This document shows positions 9,396-18,451 of a stretch of 64,000 nucleotides of DNA, one piece after another. The position numbers were made by a program, and so were the translations under genes. Where the stretch lies: assembly GCA_043757265.1 (NCBI GenBank), contig JAYUQP010000067.1:5617-69616 (forward strand), given 5' to 3'. The notes under the pieces were generated by a model that saw only the letters and a program-made list of their open reading frames with translations, made no database searches and had not been told where the DNA came from. The stretch comes from Bdellovibrionales bacterium. GTDB taxonomy: Bacteria > Bdellovibrionota > Bdellovibrionia > Bdellovibrionales > JAGQZY01. Position 1 is the stretch's first letter, and each line of letters begins with the position of its first letter.

Positions 9396-10885
9396 TGCAT
9401 TCCCCCAGTATAAAGTTGACCCTGCAAACGAAGACTGAGGCTTTCGTACAATGACTGAGCGCGAGCACGCTCCGCCCGCAAGTAATCTTGCTCGAAATTT
9501 AGCACATTAAATAGTGACGATCGACCCAGCCGAATTAGCCTTTTTTCTTCCTGCAATTTTTCGCGCTGAGCTTTCACAATCTGACCTAGAAGATCCAATC
9601 GATTTAATGCCTCTTGATGATTTGCAACGAGATCTGCCCATTGCAAGTCCTGATCTTTTTTCTTAAATTCGAGATCAGCATCTGCCGCCGCTTGCCGCAA
9701 ACGAGCACCCTCACGCGCGTCAGCTGATGCGCTGAGGTGAAGCGGTACCGTGAACTGCACACCGTAAGCATAGCTATTTCTGTTTGACGTGTTCGTGTTT
9801 GAAATCGCATCAGAAACACTAAGGTCATTTCTTCCATTCATCGCGTAGGATCCCACTAACGACACTGCGGGCTTGTTTCTTTCCTCAGCCATGATTGCCG
9901 CAGCCTTACTCAGCTTCGATTGCTCTTGAGCAATGGTCACATCCATGCGTTCGCCAGGGCGTTTTGCAGAAAGTGTTGTGCGATCAAAGCTATCTACGTC
10001 GATGGCTTTTAACGCCGGCACGGTCTCGTCAGGCGTCGAAAAGCGCCAGCGATTGAAATTTCTCTGAGCGCTGCGCTCTTCATCGAGTGCTAACTTGAGA
10101 TCGAGTTCATTAGCGATATACGCTGCTTTGGTTTGTAGAACATCCGATTTATCGCGCAGATCCAAGCGCGCCTTTTTTTGAATAAAATCAAAAAGCTCTT
10201 TCGAGCGAGCAAAGGCTTCCTTTTGCAGTCCCACCACCGACTGCGCCGTTGCCAGGCGCCAGTAAGCAAGCTGGGCGTTGATCAAAACTTCGGTTTGTTG
10301 AAGACTTGCAGCTTCGAGTTCCGCACGATTTTGCGCTAATACGACATCTCTTTGAGCTCGGGAAGAACGAGCGAACAGATTTTTCCAAAGAGGAATTTCC
10401 AAATCCACACTCGGAATCGCATTCCAATTTTCAAATGCCAGCGGGGTCGCACCAAAACCCGCATTAAAAAACTTCGTTTTATAAACGTTGTAGTTCAGCC
10501 GCATCTGTAAACCGAAGGCAAACTCTTGTGAGACGCCTAAATTGTAGGAGTTTGTGCGAATTTCGTCATAAAAAAAACCAGGTTGATTGGGAAAGCCAGC
10601 ATTGGAATCAACGGCTGCTTTTCCATGCAGCAGCGGTTTAAAATACAAATCCCCTTCACGCTGGGAGCCAGCGAAGCCAGCTTTTTTAAGTGTTGCGGCT
10701 TTGAACAATGGATTATTTTCTTTGACGCTTCCTAAGTAAACTTCAAGCGAAGTTGTTTTCGAGATGAGCTCCAAGGCTGTTTTCGAGGCTGGCTCGGCGG
10801 ACATAACGAATTGCGACGCGGAAAATATCAACAATGGTATTAGGAACATGAGACCTCTGCGTGATTTCATTTTTTGAATCTTCAA
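9392..10885 (-). CDS. TolC-family outer membrane efflux protein
   Basis: Signal peptide and two OEP-like helical repeats; 4-bp overlap with the RND gene. Confidence 0.85.
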   Translation of the reverse strand: MKIQKMKSRRGLMFLIPLLIFSASQFVMSAEPASKTALELISKTTSLEVYLGSVKENNPLFKAATLKKAGFAGSQREGDLYFKPLLHGKAAVDSNAGFPNQPGFFYDEIRTNSYNLGVSQEFAFGLQMRLNYNVYKTKFFNAGFGATPLAFENWNAIPSVDLEIPLWKNLFARSSRAQRDVVLAQNRAELEAASLQQTEVLINAQLAYWRLATAQSVVGLQKEAFARSKELFDFIQKKARLDLRDKSDVLQTKAAYIANELDLKLALDEERSAQRNFNRWRFSTPDETVPALKAIDVDSFDRTTLSAKRPGERMDVTIAQEQSKLSKAAAIMAEERNKPAVSLVGSYAMNGRNDLSVSDAISNTNTSNRNSYAYGVQFTVPLHLSASADAREGARLRQAAADADLEFKKKDQDLQWADLVANHQEALNRLDLLGQIVKAQREKLQEEKRLIRLGRSSLFNVLNFEQDYLRAERARAQSLYESLSLRLQGQLYTGGMQ

Positions 10886-11010
10886 TATAAAATGACTGGC
10901 GCGATCCAGGCAAGCAGCAAAAGGTTACATCCGGCTACCTAACAAGACTCTAAAAATGTTGGATGCCATGCCGCAAAAAGCATCACCAACGGCACCAAAA
11001 CCAGAAATCT

Positions 11011-11853
11011 TTAAAACCGCATTTTTTTTATGGTTTCTACAAAAACTTTCCCACGCTGAACGCTGCGAAATTCGTTTTTGTAAATCAGATAAATTTTATC
11101 AGAAAATGAGGGGGCCCCTTTTACGATGGCACACCGATGCCCTCCTGCCGATTGTAAAACTCTTTGAGGAAGTATTCCTCGCCCCGCGCCCCCAATCACT
11201 AACTTTGCGATAACATCCAAACTTGCAGATTCGATCAGCCGATACTTGTTTAATTTTTCTTTTTTCAATTTGTTTAGTATTGATTGCGATTGTAATAGGC
11301 TGGGCTCGATAAAAAGCACATCTAAATTTTTACACTCTGGCGCTTGCCACATTGTAACAATGTCGTCGCATAGGTGCCGCATGATGAGATCGGGATTCCG
11401 CGACGGGTTAACCACAATTCCTGCCTCAAGCTGACCCGCATTGACCAAATCTGTCATTTGTCTGGATAAGCCGTGCACCAATTGAAACTGTAAAAGAGGA
11501 TACTGCTCAAGCAATTGAGACAGAACGTCAGGAAGAATATACTGAGCCACAGCTGTATGACACCCCAAACGAATCAATCCTTGTGGTGCATTGATGCTTA
11601 AATGAACCGCGTCTTTGACCGACTTCCATTGCTCTAGAAGTGTTTGCGCCGAAAGAAGTAAGATTTCTCCAGCGGGAGTCAACTGCACACCCTTCTTGGA
11701 GCGAATCAGCAAGGTTACCTGCATGTCGGTTTCTATTTTTTTTATTGCATGCGACAGCGCCGGCTGGGTAATTCCTAAGCGCTCGGCGGCTCGGGTCACG
11801 TGACCCACTCGTGCAACTTCAGTAAAATATTTTAAGTCATCGGAGCTAATCAT
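11011..11853 (-). CDS. LysR-family transcriptional regulator
   Basis: LKYFTEVARVGHVTRAAERLGITQPALSHAIKKIE HTH; LTPAGE. Confidence 0.95.
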   Translation of the reverse strand: MISSDDLKYFTEVARVGHVTRAAERLGITQPALSHAIKKIETDMQVTLLIRSKKGVQLTPAGEILLLSAQTLLEQWKSVKDAVHLSINAPQGLIRLGCHTAVAQYILPDVLSQLLEQYPLLQFQLVHGLSRQMTDLVNAGQLEAGIVVNPSRNPDLIMRHLCDDIVTMWQAPECKNLDVLFIEPSLLQSQSILNKLKKEKLNKYRLIESASLDVIAKLVIGGAGRGILPQRVLQSAGGHRCAIVKGAPSFSDKIYLIYKNEFRSVQRGKVFVETIKKMRF

Positions 11854-11876
11854 TCATTCTGCTAATCATTCATTCT
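11845..11876. repeat. Perfect 16-bp tandem duplication over the LysR start codon
   Basis: GCTAATCATTCATTCT x2. Confidence 0.9.
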
Positions 11877-11973
11877 GCTTATCATAAAGCGTTTTTGAAT
11901 TCATTATATTTATACTCAAAAAAAAACTACTTTGTTTTTGCCGCATGGGGCGGTCAAATTAAGGGAGAACATA

Positions 11974-12495
11974 ATGAAGAGTTTGGTTTTTTTGAGTTTA
12001 ATTTTTTCTGTCGCTGCTGGTGCTGAATCTATTGATATTGACGAAATAGAGTTTCCGTTGGGCGATAAAGTGATAATTGTTGGAGATCAAACGTACACCG
12101 TCGACGTAGCCCTTAATCCACAAACTGTGCTGTGTTTAACTGGCGATTATGGAGCTAATTCCTTTAAAATCGCAGTTCCGCAAATTGACGATCTGACCTT
12201 TCTTGACCACACATCTCCCGGCGCACCCGGGCCGTGCATTAACGCCGGGCTTTGTAAAACCAAAGACAAACCGTGGGGGTCTACAACTGACGATCGGTTT
12301 TCGATCTTCCACGATCTGCATAAACCCGAAGAAACAGCTAAAATAAGAGTTGTTCGCAAAGAAGTCTTACACCTTTCGGGTGGCCGCTGTGTGCGCAATT
12401 ATATGGAACATGTGTCCTCAACAATTCGCGGCGTCGTGTTTCAACACGTAGCGAGCTTGCCCCTTGCCGAGACAAGTATTGAAAATTGTAAATAG
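11974..12495 (+). CDS. Secreted Cys-containing hypothetical protein
   Basis: GGGAG RBS, signal peptide MKSLVFLSLIFSVAAGA, five Cys. Divergent from LysR. Confidence 0.75.
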   Translation: MKSLVFLSLIFSVAAGAESIDIDEIEFPLGDKVIIVGDQTYTVDVALNPQTVLCLTGDYGANSFKIAVPQIDDLTFLDHTSPGAPGPCINAGLCKTKDKPWGSTTDDRFSIFHDLHKPEETAKIRVVRKEVLHLSGGRCVRNYMEHVSSTIRGVVFQHVASLPLAETSIENCK

Positions 12496-12507
12496 ATAAA
12501 ATTATCA

Positions 12508-12528
12508 AGCGGCTCGATGTGAGCCGCT
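12508..12528 (+). terminator. Hairpin after the secreted-protein gene
   Basis: AGCGGCTC-GATGT-GAGCCGCT. Confidence 0.55.
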
Positions 12529-12700
12529 CAGAATAAGCGACAACGCTTGACAGAAATAAGAAGGGAAGTTTTAAACTTTCCTTCTTATTTTTGTGCAGAT
12601 CTCAACCAAGCAGTATGGCCTGGTGGTAAGGACGCCTTCAGCGCTTCTTCACGAGCAGATCTCGTTCAGGTCACCGCATGTCTTCAATTACGTTTATGTG

Positions 12701-12780
12701 CGCCGTACCTTTTACGGCGTAGTTTTTACGGCGTAGCGCTTACGCCGTACCTTTTTAAACAGTACCTTTCGCGCGGCACC
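12701..12780. repeat. Cluster of short palindromic REP-like units (CGCCGTACCTTTT / TACGGCGTAG)
   Basis: Two hairpins (12701-12719, 12727-12749) and three GTACCTTT copies between convergent genes. Confidence 0.6.
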
Positions 12781-12786
12781 GTTTTC

Positions 12787-14319
12787 TTACTCTTGGATAA
12801 GCAGCGCTGGATCGCCCTGCAGTTGATACCACTCGAAGTTATCGACGATATCACTCTGACTGTCCCAGTTTGCTGCTAAATACATTTGCCCCGCGAACAA
12901 GGCCTCACCGAGATGTTTAAACTTTTTATCAGCGTGCTCAAAAGCTATTCCGCGTGCCATAACAGCTGGCGGATGCCATGAAATGTTCACGGTTCCACCG
13001 TAGTAAGCCACTGCACCATGCGCATCGTTGTTTGTTTGATCTGTGAATGCCGACCCCAAATATCCCGGAAGGAGTCGTCCATTGGCGCAGGCCACATCGA
13101 TGATTATGGGTTTAATTTGCGTCGCATTTTTTAAATTGGCGATGTCTTCTACATAGTACTCTTGGCGCAGACTTGGCCACGACGTTCCCGAACCGTGCCC
13201 CATGTAAAACAGCCACGCAGCGCCTGAGCTTAAGCTTTTGTTGAGCTCAGTCGGATTTGATTTCTGATCGCCCTGATAAAAGTGCGTGCTTACGTAGCCA
13301 AATGTTGAAGCAAGTTTTTCCTCAATGGAACGTACATATTCATCATCTGATGGGCCACTGCCTTCATCCGAGGCGATGCCGATCACGTGTGATACGCCTT
13401 TGGAGTTTTTTGTGCCCGATTTTTCAAACTCCACAGATTTTGCTAAGTTTTGGGCGACTTCGTCAGCCGTGGTCGCCACAATTCGTCCGTAAAAAACGTC
13501 GGGAACATAGTCACCGCTTCCGTCCAAAGTAAAATACTTAATGTCAGTCGTCGCCTGACCAGCCGAAGTAGGAACGTTATGCATTGGTAAAACCGTTTCA
13601 TCGCCCACCATCAACACAAAATCAATTCCGTTTTTTGCATAGTTGTCCGAGATGACTTTGGCTACGCCATCCAAAGTGATTTGCGGAGTTTCCAGAGCTT
13701 CGATGATGACATTGTAACCCTGTGCGGTTTTCCATTTTGAAAACTCAACCACGCCGCTCACCAGCCGTGCTGGAACGACAATCAGATAATCTTGATATTC
13801 TGCTCTAGCAACTGCGAATTCAACGGCGTTGTGCTCCACTTGCAAATCCTCAGCGACATAAATGGCGTTTTCGTTGGCATTGTATCTCGCAAGTGGAATA
13901 TCCACGCGTGAAATTGGTTGCCCACGCCACCAACCTAAAGATTGAACTGTGTGGCTTTGAGGTGAAGCATACGCGCGTGCGCTGTACTGAAACGATTTTT
14001 TAACGTCATCGGCACAACGACAGGGCTGTTGCTGCACAGGCATTGGCTTTAGTTTTTCTAGAACAAACGATCGCCGATAGTTGATCGACACTTGAATATC
14101 TTTCGGCGCCCCGTAGACAAGAAGACTTTTGACCGGCAATTCTGGCTCGCCCACTTTTTTCGAAAGTTCGAAACCTCGCACTTTGAGCTTCGAAAAGCCC
14201 CGAGCTGTCGAAGCATCGCTGCGTTCTACATTGATCGCGTCTTGCGATATCCCCAAATTCAATTTTGCGGCATTGGCTTCAAACGAAAACAACAACCCCA
14301 ACAAGATCCATCTACCCAT
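12787..14319 (-). CDS. Peptidase C25 (gingipain-like) cysteine protease with propeptide
   Basis: Signal peptide; GEPELPV propeptide motif; FVLMVGD, PDVFYGRI, YMGHGS (His), DVACANG (Cys), LQGDPAL. Confidence 0.9.
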   Translation of the reverse strand: MGRWILLGLLFSFEANAAKLNLGISQDAINVERSDASTARGFSKLKVRGFELSKKVGEPELPVKSLLVYGAPKDIQVSINYRRSFVLEKLKPMPVQQQPCRCADDVKKSFQYSARAYASPQSHTVQSLGWWRGQPISRVDIPLARYNANENAIYVAEDLQVEHNAVEFAVARAEYQDYLIVVPARLVSGVVEFSKWKTAQGYNVIIEALETPQITLDGVAKVISDNYAKNGIDFVLMVGDETVLPMHNVPTSAGQATTDIKYFTLDGSGDYVPDVFYGRIVATTADEVAQNLAKSVEFEKSGTKNSKGVSHVIGIASDEGSGPSDDEYVRSIEEKLASTFGYVSTHFYQGDQKSNPTELNKSLSSGAAWLFYMGHGSGTSWPSLRQEYYVEDIANLKNATQIKPIIIDVACANGRLLPGYLGSAFTDQTNNDAHGAVAYYGGTVNISWHPPAVMARGIAFEHADKKFKHLGEALFAGQMYLAANWDSQSDIVDNFEWYQLQGDPALLIQE

Positions 14320-14411
14320 TTTATCGCCCCCGGAATAGTTTACGGCACGGGCAGGATCGCTTCATCCATCAGTTGAATCAAGAAAATTTTACAATCCGAA
14401 AGTAAAGCTGC

Positions 14412-14795
14412 TTAACTGTATAGCAGTAGGGCGATTAGGAGCAAATGCGTTAGGTGATGGATCATTTGATCAAAACCTAGTATCCACCAGAAAATAGATC
14501 GATTGATGTCGGTATAACGCCCCAGATAGCGCGGTCCCGAGCGCAAGCGATCCGTAGTAAAATGAAATACAAAATCCACTAAACTCAACCACCACATGCT
14601 TGGTCTAAAATAAAGGCAAATCGCTAACGTCATCGCCCCATGTACAATACAGTGTAAACCAAGTGGTGCGATGAAGTTCCACCCTGGGCGAATTTTTTTG
14701 AGCATGTAATTGTGCTGGAATATATAGTCTGCCAAAAAGTGTTTTAGTTGATAGACAACGAGCAGAATAAATATCGTTTTAACTTCGGCGTTCAT
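14412..14795 (-). CDS. DUF3307 family membrane protein
   Basis: KHFLADYIFQ, HCIVHG, HFTTD, GFDQMIHH. ATG 14795 overlaps the upstream stop (ATGA). Confidence 0.88.
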   Translation of the reverse strand: MNAEVKTIFILLVVYQLKHFLADYIFQHNYMLKKIRPGWNFIAPLGLHCIVHGAMTLAICLYFRPSMWWLSLVDFVFHFTTDRLRSGPRYLGRYTDINRSIFWWILGFDQMIHHLTHLLLIALLLYS

Positions 14796-15199
14796 GGGTG
14801 AACCTTCATGTATTCGGGTTCGGCAAGATCGTATTCCTTTTTCTTGAGCGGAAGTATATATGTTTCGTAGTATCGAAGCACTTCCTGATGATCTTTGGCG
14901 AAAGTCCACCGTGTGGAATTTCTATTTTTTTCTAATCGTTCAAGCTTAGAGAGATGCTCGATTTCCTGGGCGTCCATAGTTTTGTAAACTCGCTTAAAAC
15001 CATCGCGGCGGCGATTGGCGTCCAACTCGCGGGCGCGCCGAAGTTCTTTTTGTTTGTCTTCATCACGTCGACGCAGTTTTTGCTGCTGGATTTGCTTTTG
15101 TTGCCAGTCTGAGAACGCTTTTTCGCGCTCCTGATAGCTTTGCATCGTGGACGCAAAGGAAAGACCTAATAGATGAATGATCAATAGATGCATAAACAT
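14792..15199 (-). CDS. Exported coiled-coil hypothetical protein
   Basis: Signal-like N-terminus, Q/R/E-rich helix, translationally coupled to the DUF3307 gene. Confidence 0.7.
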   Translation of the reverse strand: MFMHLLIIHLLGLSFASTMQSYQEREKAFSDWQQKQIQQQKLRRRDEDKQKELRRARELDANRRRDGFKRVYKTMDAQEIEHLSKLERLEKNRNSTRWTFAKDHQEVLRYYETYILPLKKKEYDLAEPEYMKVHP

Positions 15200-15256
15200 A
15201 TCAAATTACCATCGGCAGTTTACAAGGAGAGTATAAGAAAAATCAATAAATCTGTT

Positions 15257-15466
15257 AAACTCTCTTTGTGGAAAACTCGCTCGACCTTTTAGACTCGCTC
15301 GCTTTAGGTCTCACTCTACCAAAGTCGCTCTTTCCTAGATCTCCTTTTATCATGCTCGCTTTATTTAGTTAGAACTCGATCTTCCAGGCTTGCCCTGTTT
15401 AAATCTCGCTCTTTTTTGAGCTTGATCAACAATACTCAATCTTGGAATAGAGCTCGACAAAACTCC
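15257..15466. repeat. Degenerate 15-18 bp tandem array (consensus about ARRCTCGCTYT) upstream of sohB
   Basis: About a dozen recurring ACTCGCTC/GCTCGCT/GCTTG units at near-regular spacing. Confidence 0.6.
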
Positions 15467-15489
15467 AGTTTTTGCTTATAAAATCTGGT

Positions 15490-16491
15490 ATGGAATGGAT
15501 CAATCATCTTTTGCCCTGGGGCCTCGACGTTTTTGGATTCTTTATAAAAGCAGCCATTATTATTTTGGGACTGTTGCTTATTATTTCCTTTGCGATCAAA
15601 GAGAAATCGGACGACAAAATATCTGTAAAAGATTTGAACAAGCGCTTCAAGCGATACAAAAACGCGTTGCTTGAGAATTTTCTCGATAAAAAAGCGTTCA
15701 AAAAAGAACTTAAGACGCAGAGCAAAGATGAGAAGACCCCGCTGCTTCGTCCCCGAAGTTTTTATATCCATTTCGATGGCGATATTCGCGCTTCGGCGGT
15801 TGTTCAATTGCGTGAGGTGGTCACTGCCATTTTAACAGTCGCTACCAATAAAGACGAAGTTATTCTCGATCTTGAAAGTCCGGGAGGCATGGTGCACGGC
15901 TACGGACTTGCAGCCAGCCAGCTGCAACGGATTAAAGATGCAGGAGTGCCACTGACCATTTGTGTCGATAAAGTAGCAGCAAGCGGCGGCTACATGATGG
16001 CCTGCCTGGCTGACAAAATTATCGCGGCTCCGTTTGCGATCATTGGCTCCGTGGGTGTCGTTGCTAGCGTGCCAAATTTTAATAAAATTTTGAAAAAAAA
16101 CGATGTTGATTATTATCAAATAACCTCTGGAAAGTTCAAGCGGACCCTGACATTGATGGGCGAAGTGACCAACGAGGGTTTGGAAAAATTTAAAGAAGAT
16201 ATTGAAGAAACCCACGAGCTCTTTAAGGCACATATCAAAACTTTTCGCCCTAAGGTGGACATCGAACGCATCGCGACTGGCGAGCATTGGTACGGACAAA
16301 CAGCGTTACAATTAAATCTCGTTGATGCTCTGGGCACGTCCGACGACTATCTCTTTAAGCAAAGTGCTCATCGCGATATCAAAGAAATTTCGTTTACAGT
16401 GAAGAAGTCATTCAAGGATAAACTTACTGATGGACTTGTCTCCGTCATCGACAAAGTTTCTAACAGTGTACTGGATAAGCTTCGCGGTTGA
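15490..16491 (+). CDS. sohB: Protease SohB (peptidase S49)
   Basis: FDGDIRAS, LESPGGMVHGYGLAASQL, DKVAASGGYMMAC, APFAIIGSVGV, ATGEHWYG. Confidence 0.93.
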   Translation: MEWINHLLPWGLDVFGFFIKAAIIILGLLLIISFAIKEKSDDKISVKDLNKRFKRYKNALLENFLDKKAFKKELKTQSKDEKTPLLRPRSFYIHFDGDIRASAVVQLREVVTAILTVATNKDEVILDLESPGGMVHGYGLAASQLQRIKDAGVPLTICVDKVAASGGYMMACLADKIIAAPFAIIGSVGVVASVPNFNKILKKNDVDYYQITSGKFKRTLTLMGEVTNEGLEKFKEDIEETHELFKAHIKTFRPKVDIERIATGEHWYGQTALQLNLVDALGTSDDYLFKQSAHRDIKEISFTVKKSFKDKLTDGLVSVIDKVSNSVLDKLRG

Positions 16492-16745
16492 CTGCGATAG
16501 GACGCCAGAATAACAACCCTACAATGTCGCATAGTACCTTCCGTCCATCATCCTGCATGCTATACGTCATCCGAGCAATGCGTAGGCTCTCACCCAACCT
16601 CAACACTCTTCTCACCTAAAAAAAGCCGCCGTCATCCTTATCTTAAGCGAAAGCCGAGACCAGTCTATCAAATACAAAATCTCCGTATCGCCAGAACCAA
16701 AGATGACGGAGACAAACGGCTTATCTTGTAAAGATTAAGCAGCGA

Positions 16746-17201
16746 CTATGAAAAAACAGCAAGCTCTCGCTTGTTTATTTTCTCTGCGATTTCGAAAAAA
16801 CTGAATTTTGGATCTAATTTGTCTAGATCGCTCCCCGACATTAAAACGACTGGCGTTTTTTGCGTTGGTGAGCGCATCATCTGAGACGTCGTATCATAGT
16901 CGATGAAACGATCAGCTTCCCTGATGACAACATTGCCGTTGAGACCCGGCATATTTTGATCCATATAGATTTTATCAAAACTTTGGTCGGTTAACGAAAT
17001 CACGGCCTCATAGGGATCAGAAATTTTAATACATTTAATTTGTGGCTCCTGTTGAACTAACTTGTGCATTAAAAGATCGGCAAAATCTAAATCGTCATCC
17101 ACAATCAAAACCTTCTTCAATCGTTGACGATTTTTTTCGACATGCTTTTTAGTTTCCTTGCCAATTGATAACTGCGCTACGTTTTTTACAGGTTCCATCA
17201 T
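16746..17201 (-). CDS. Stand-alone response regulator receiver protein
   Basis: VLIVDDD, YMDQNMPGLNG, PVVLMSG; AAGGAG RBS before ATG 17201. Confidence 0.85.
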   Translation of the reverse strand: MMEPVKNVAQLSIGKETKKHVEKNRQRLKKVLIVDDDLDFADLLMHKLVQQEPQIKCIKISDPYEAVISLTDQSFDKIYMDQNMPGLNGNVVIREADRFIDYDTTSQMMRSPTQKTPVVLMSGSDLDKLDPKFSFFEIAEKINKRELAVFS

Positions 17202-17428
17202 GTTCTCCTTGCGGTAAATGGTCTGATTAAGGTAGGGGCAACCGGTGTACCGACACAAGCCTGGATTGGTTTGAATCTCAAATCAAAGGTAAAAAAATGC
17301 AGGGGAATTTTGGACGTCTAGGATAAAAAAAGAACACGTCTCAAAATGAAATAGATTTCAATAAAACAAATTATTAGAGTGGAGGCGCTATTTAATGAAA
17401 AAAGACATTCTTCCAGGAATGAAAATGC

Positions 17429-18283
17429 TTACATAAACTTAAGACATTTCCAGCCGGGCTCGGTCAAAATTTTCCGCATTTCAGTTTCATCACGACACGC
17501 GATGTAGTTTGGCGGTTCCCATAAAGGCAATTTCTCACCTTCGTCAACATTCAATACTTGCACACCACGAAATCCCTTATAGAGACGGAACACTTTAAAC
17601 TCTTTGCTCCGCAAAAACTTGATCACTGGCGATTTTGAATGCAGAAAGTCTTCGAACACGATGTGTTCTGTCACTGAAAGTACCTTTTCAGCTCCTCTAA
17701 ATACTTCAAGTTCATGCCCTTCAACGTCGATCTTTATCAGTTGGATCTTTTTATCTCGAACAACTCCGTCCAAGGTTCGCACGGGAACTTGCACAATCTT
17801 CGAATTCTCGATTTTCTCTAAACTCGCCGTGCCTTCATTTTTCGCAAAGTCCATTGGTATAAAAAGATCCATCTGCCCGTCTTGCGAGGAAAGTGCCACA
17901 GGATGCAGAACACACTGTTCACGCTTACGAAGATGCTGTTGCCATTTTTTCTGTAATCCAGGGTGAGGCTCAAAACAATGGACCATTCCGTAGGAGCCCA
18001 CTCGGTATCCTAAGAGCAGACTAAAGTAACCAATGTTAGCCCCGACATCAATCACCCTGTCTCCGGTTTTTGTTAGTCGCCAAATTGTTTCGGTGAGAGC
18101 CAGATCGTACAGCCCAAAGTCTACCAGTGCGCGACCGATGGTCTCTCCAGAGTCGACTGAAAACTTTTGTCCAAGAATTTCAACAGTTGAAATTTTACTG
18201 GGCTTAGGTCGAACACAGGACCAAATCTTTTTTGCAAGTTTCGCAGGTCGATAAAAATATTCAGGTTTATTAAGAATTCTCAT
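17429..18283 (-). CDS. FkbM-family methyltransferase
   Basis: IDVGANIGYF, FEPHP, IKIDVEGHELEVFRGA. Confidence 0.93.
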   Translation of the reverse strand: MRILNKPEYFYRPAKLAKKIWSCVRPKPSKISTVEILGQKFSVDSGETIGRALVDFGLYDLALTETIWRLTKTGDRVIDVGANIGYFSLLLGYRVGSYGMVHCFEPHPGLQKKWQQHLRKREQCVLHPVALSSQDGQMDLFIPMDFAKNEGTASLEKIENSKIVQVPVRTLDGVVRDKKIQLIKIDVEGHELEVFRGAEKVLSVTEHIVFEDFLHSKSPVIKFLRSKEFKVFRLYKGFRGVQVLNVDEGEKLPLWEPPNYIACRDETEMRKILTEPGWKCLKFM

Positions 18284-18451
18284 TTAAATACCGATGCTAA
18301 AATATATGTTTATGGTTACACAATTTATAACATCCTTCTCATTTTCCGTGCAAGCCTTTGTGGGCACATCGGCGATGTTCAGTACCGGCCTATGGGATTG
18401 GTTATTTAATCTTCTGATGAAAATCAAGGAATGAAGATATAGGATTAAGTT

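Noticed and set aside
12547-12879. 110-aa + strand ORF
   Set aside because: Runs through the REP-like palindromes and overlaps the C25 gene antisense; no protein features.
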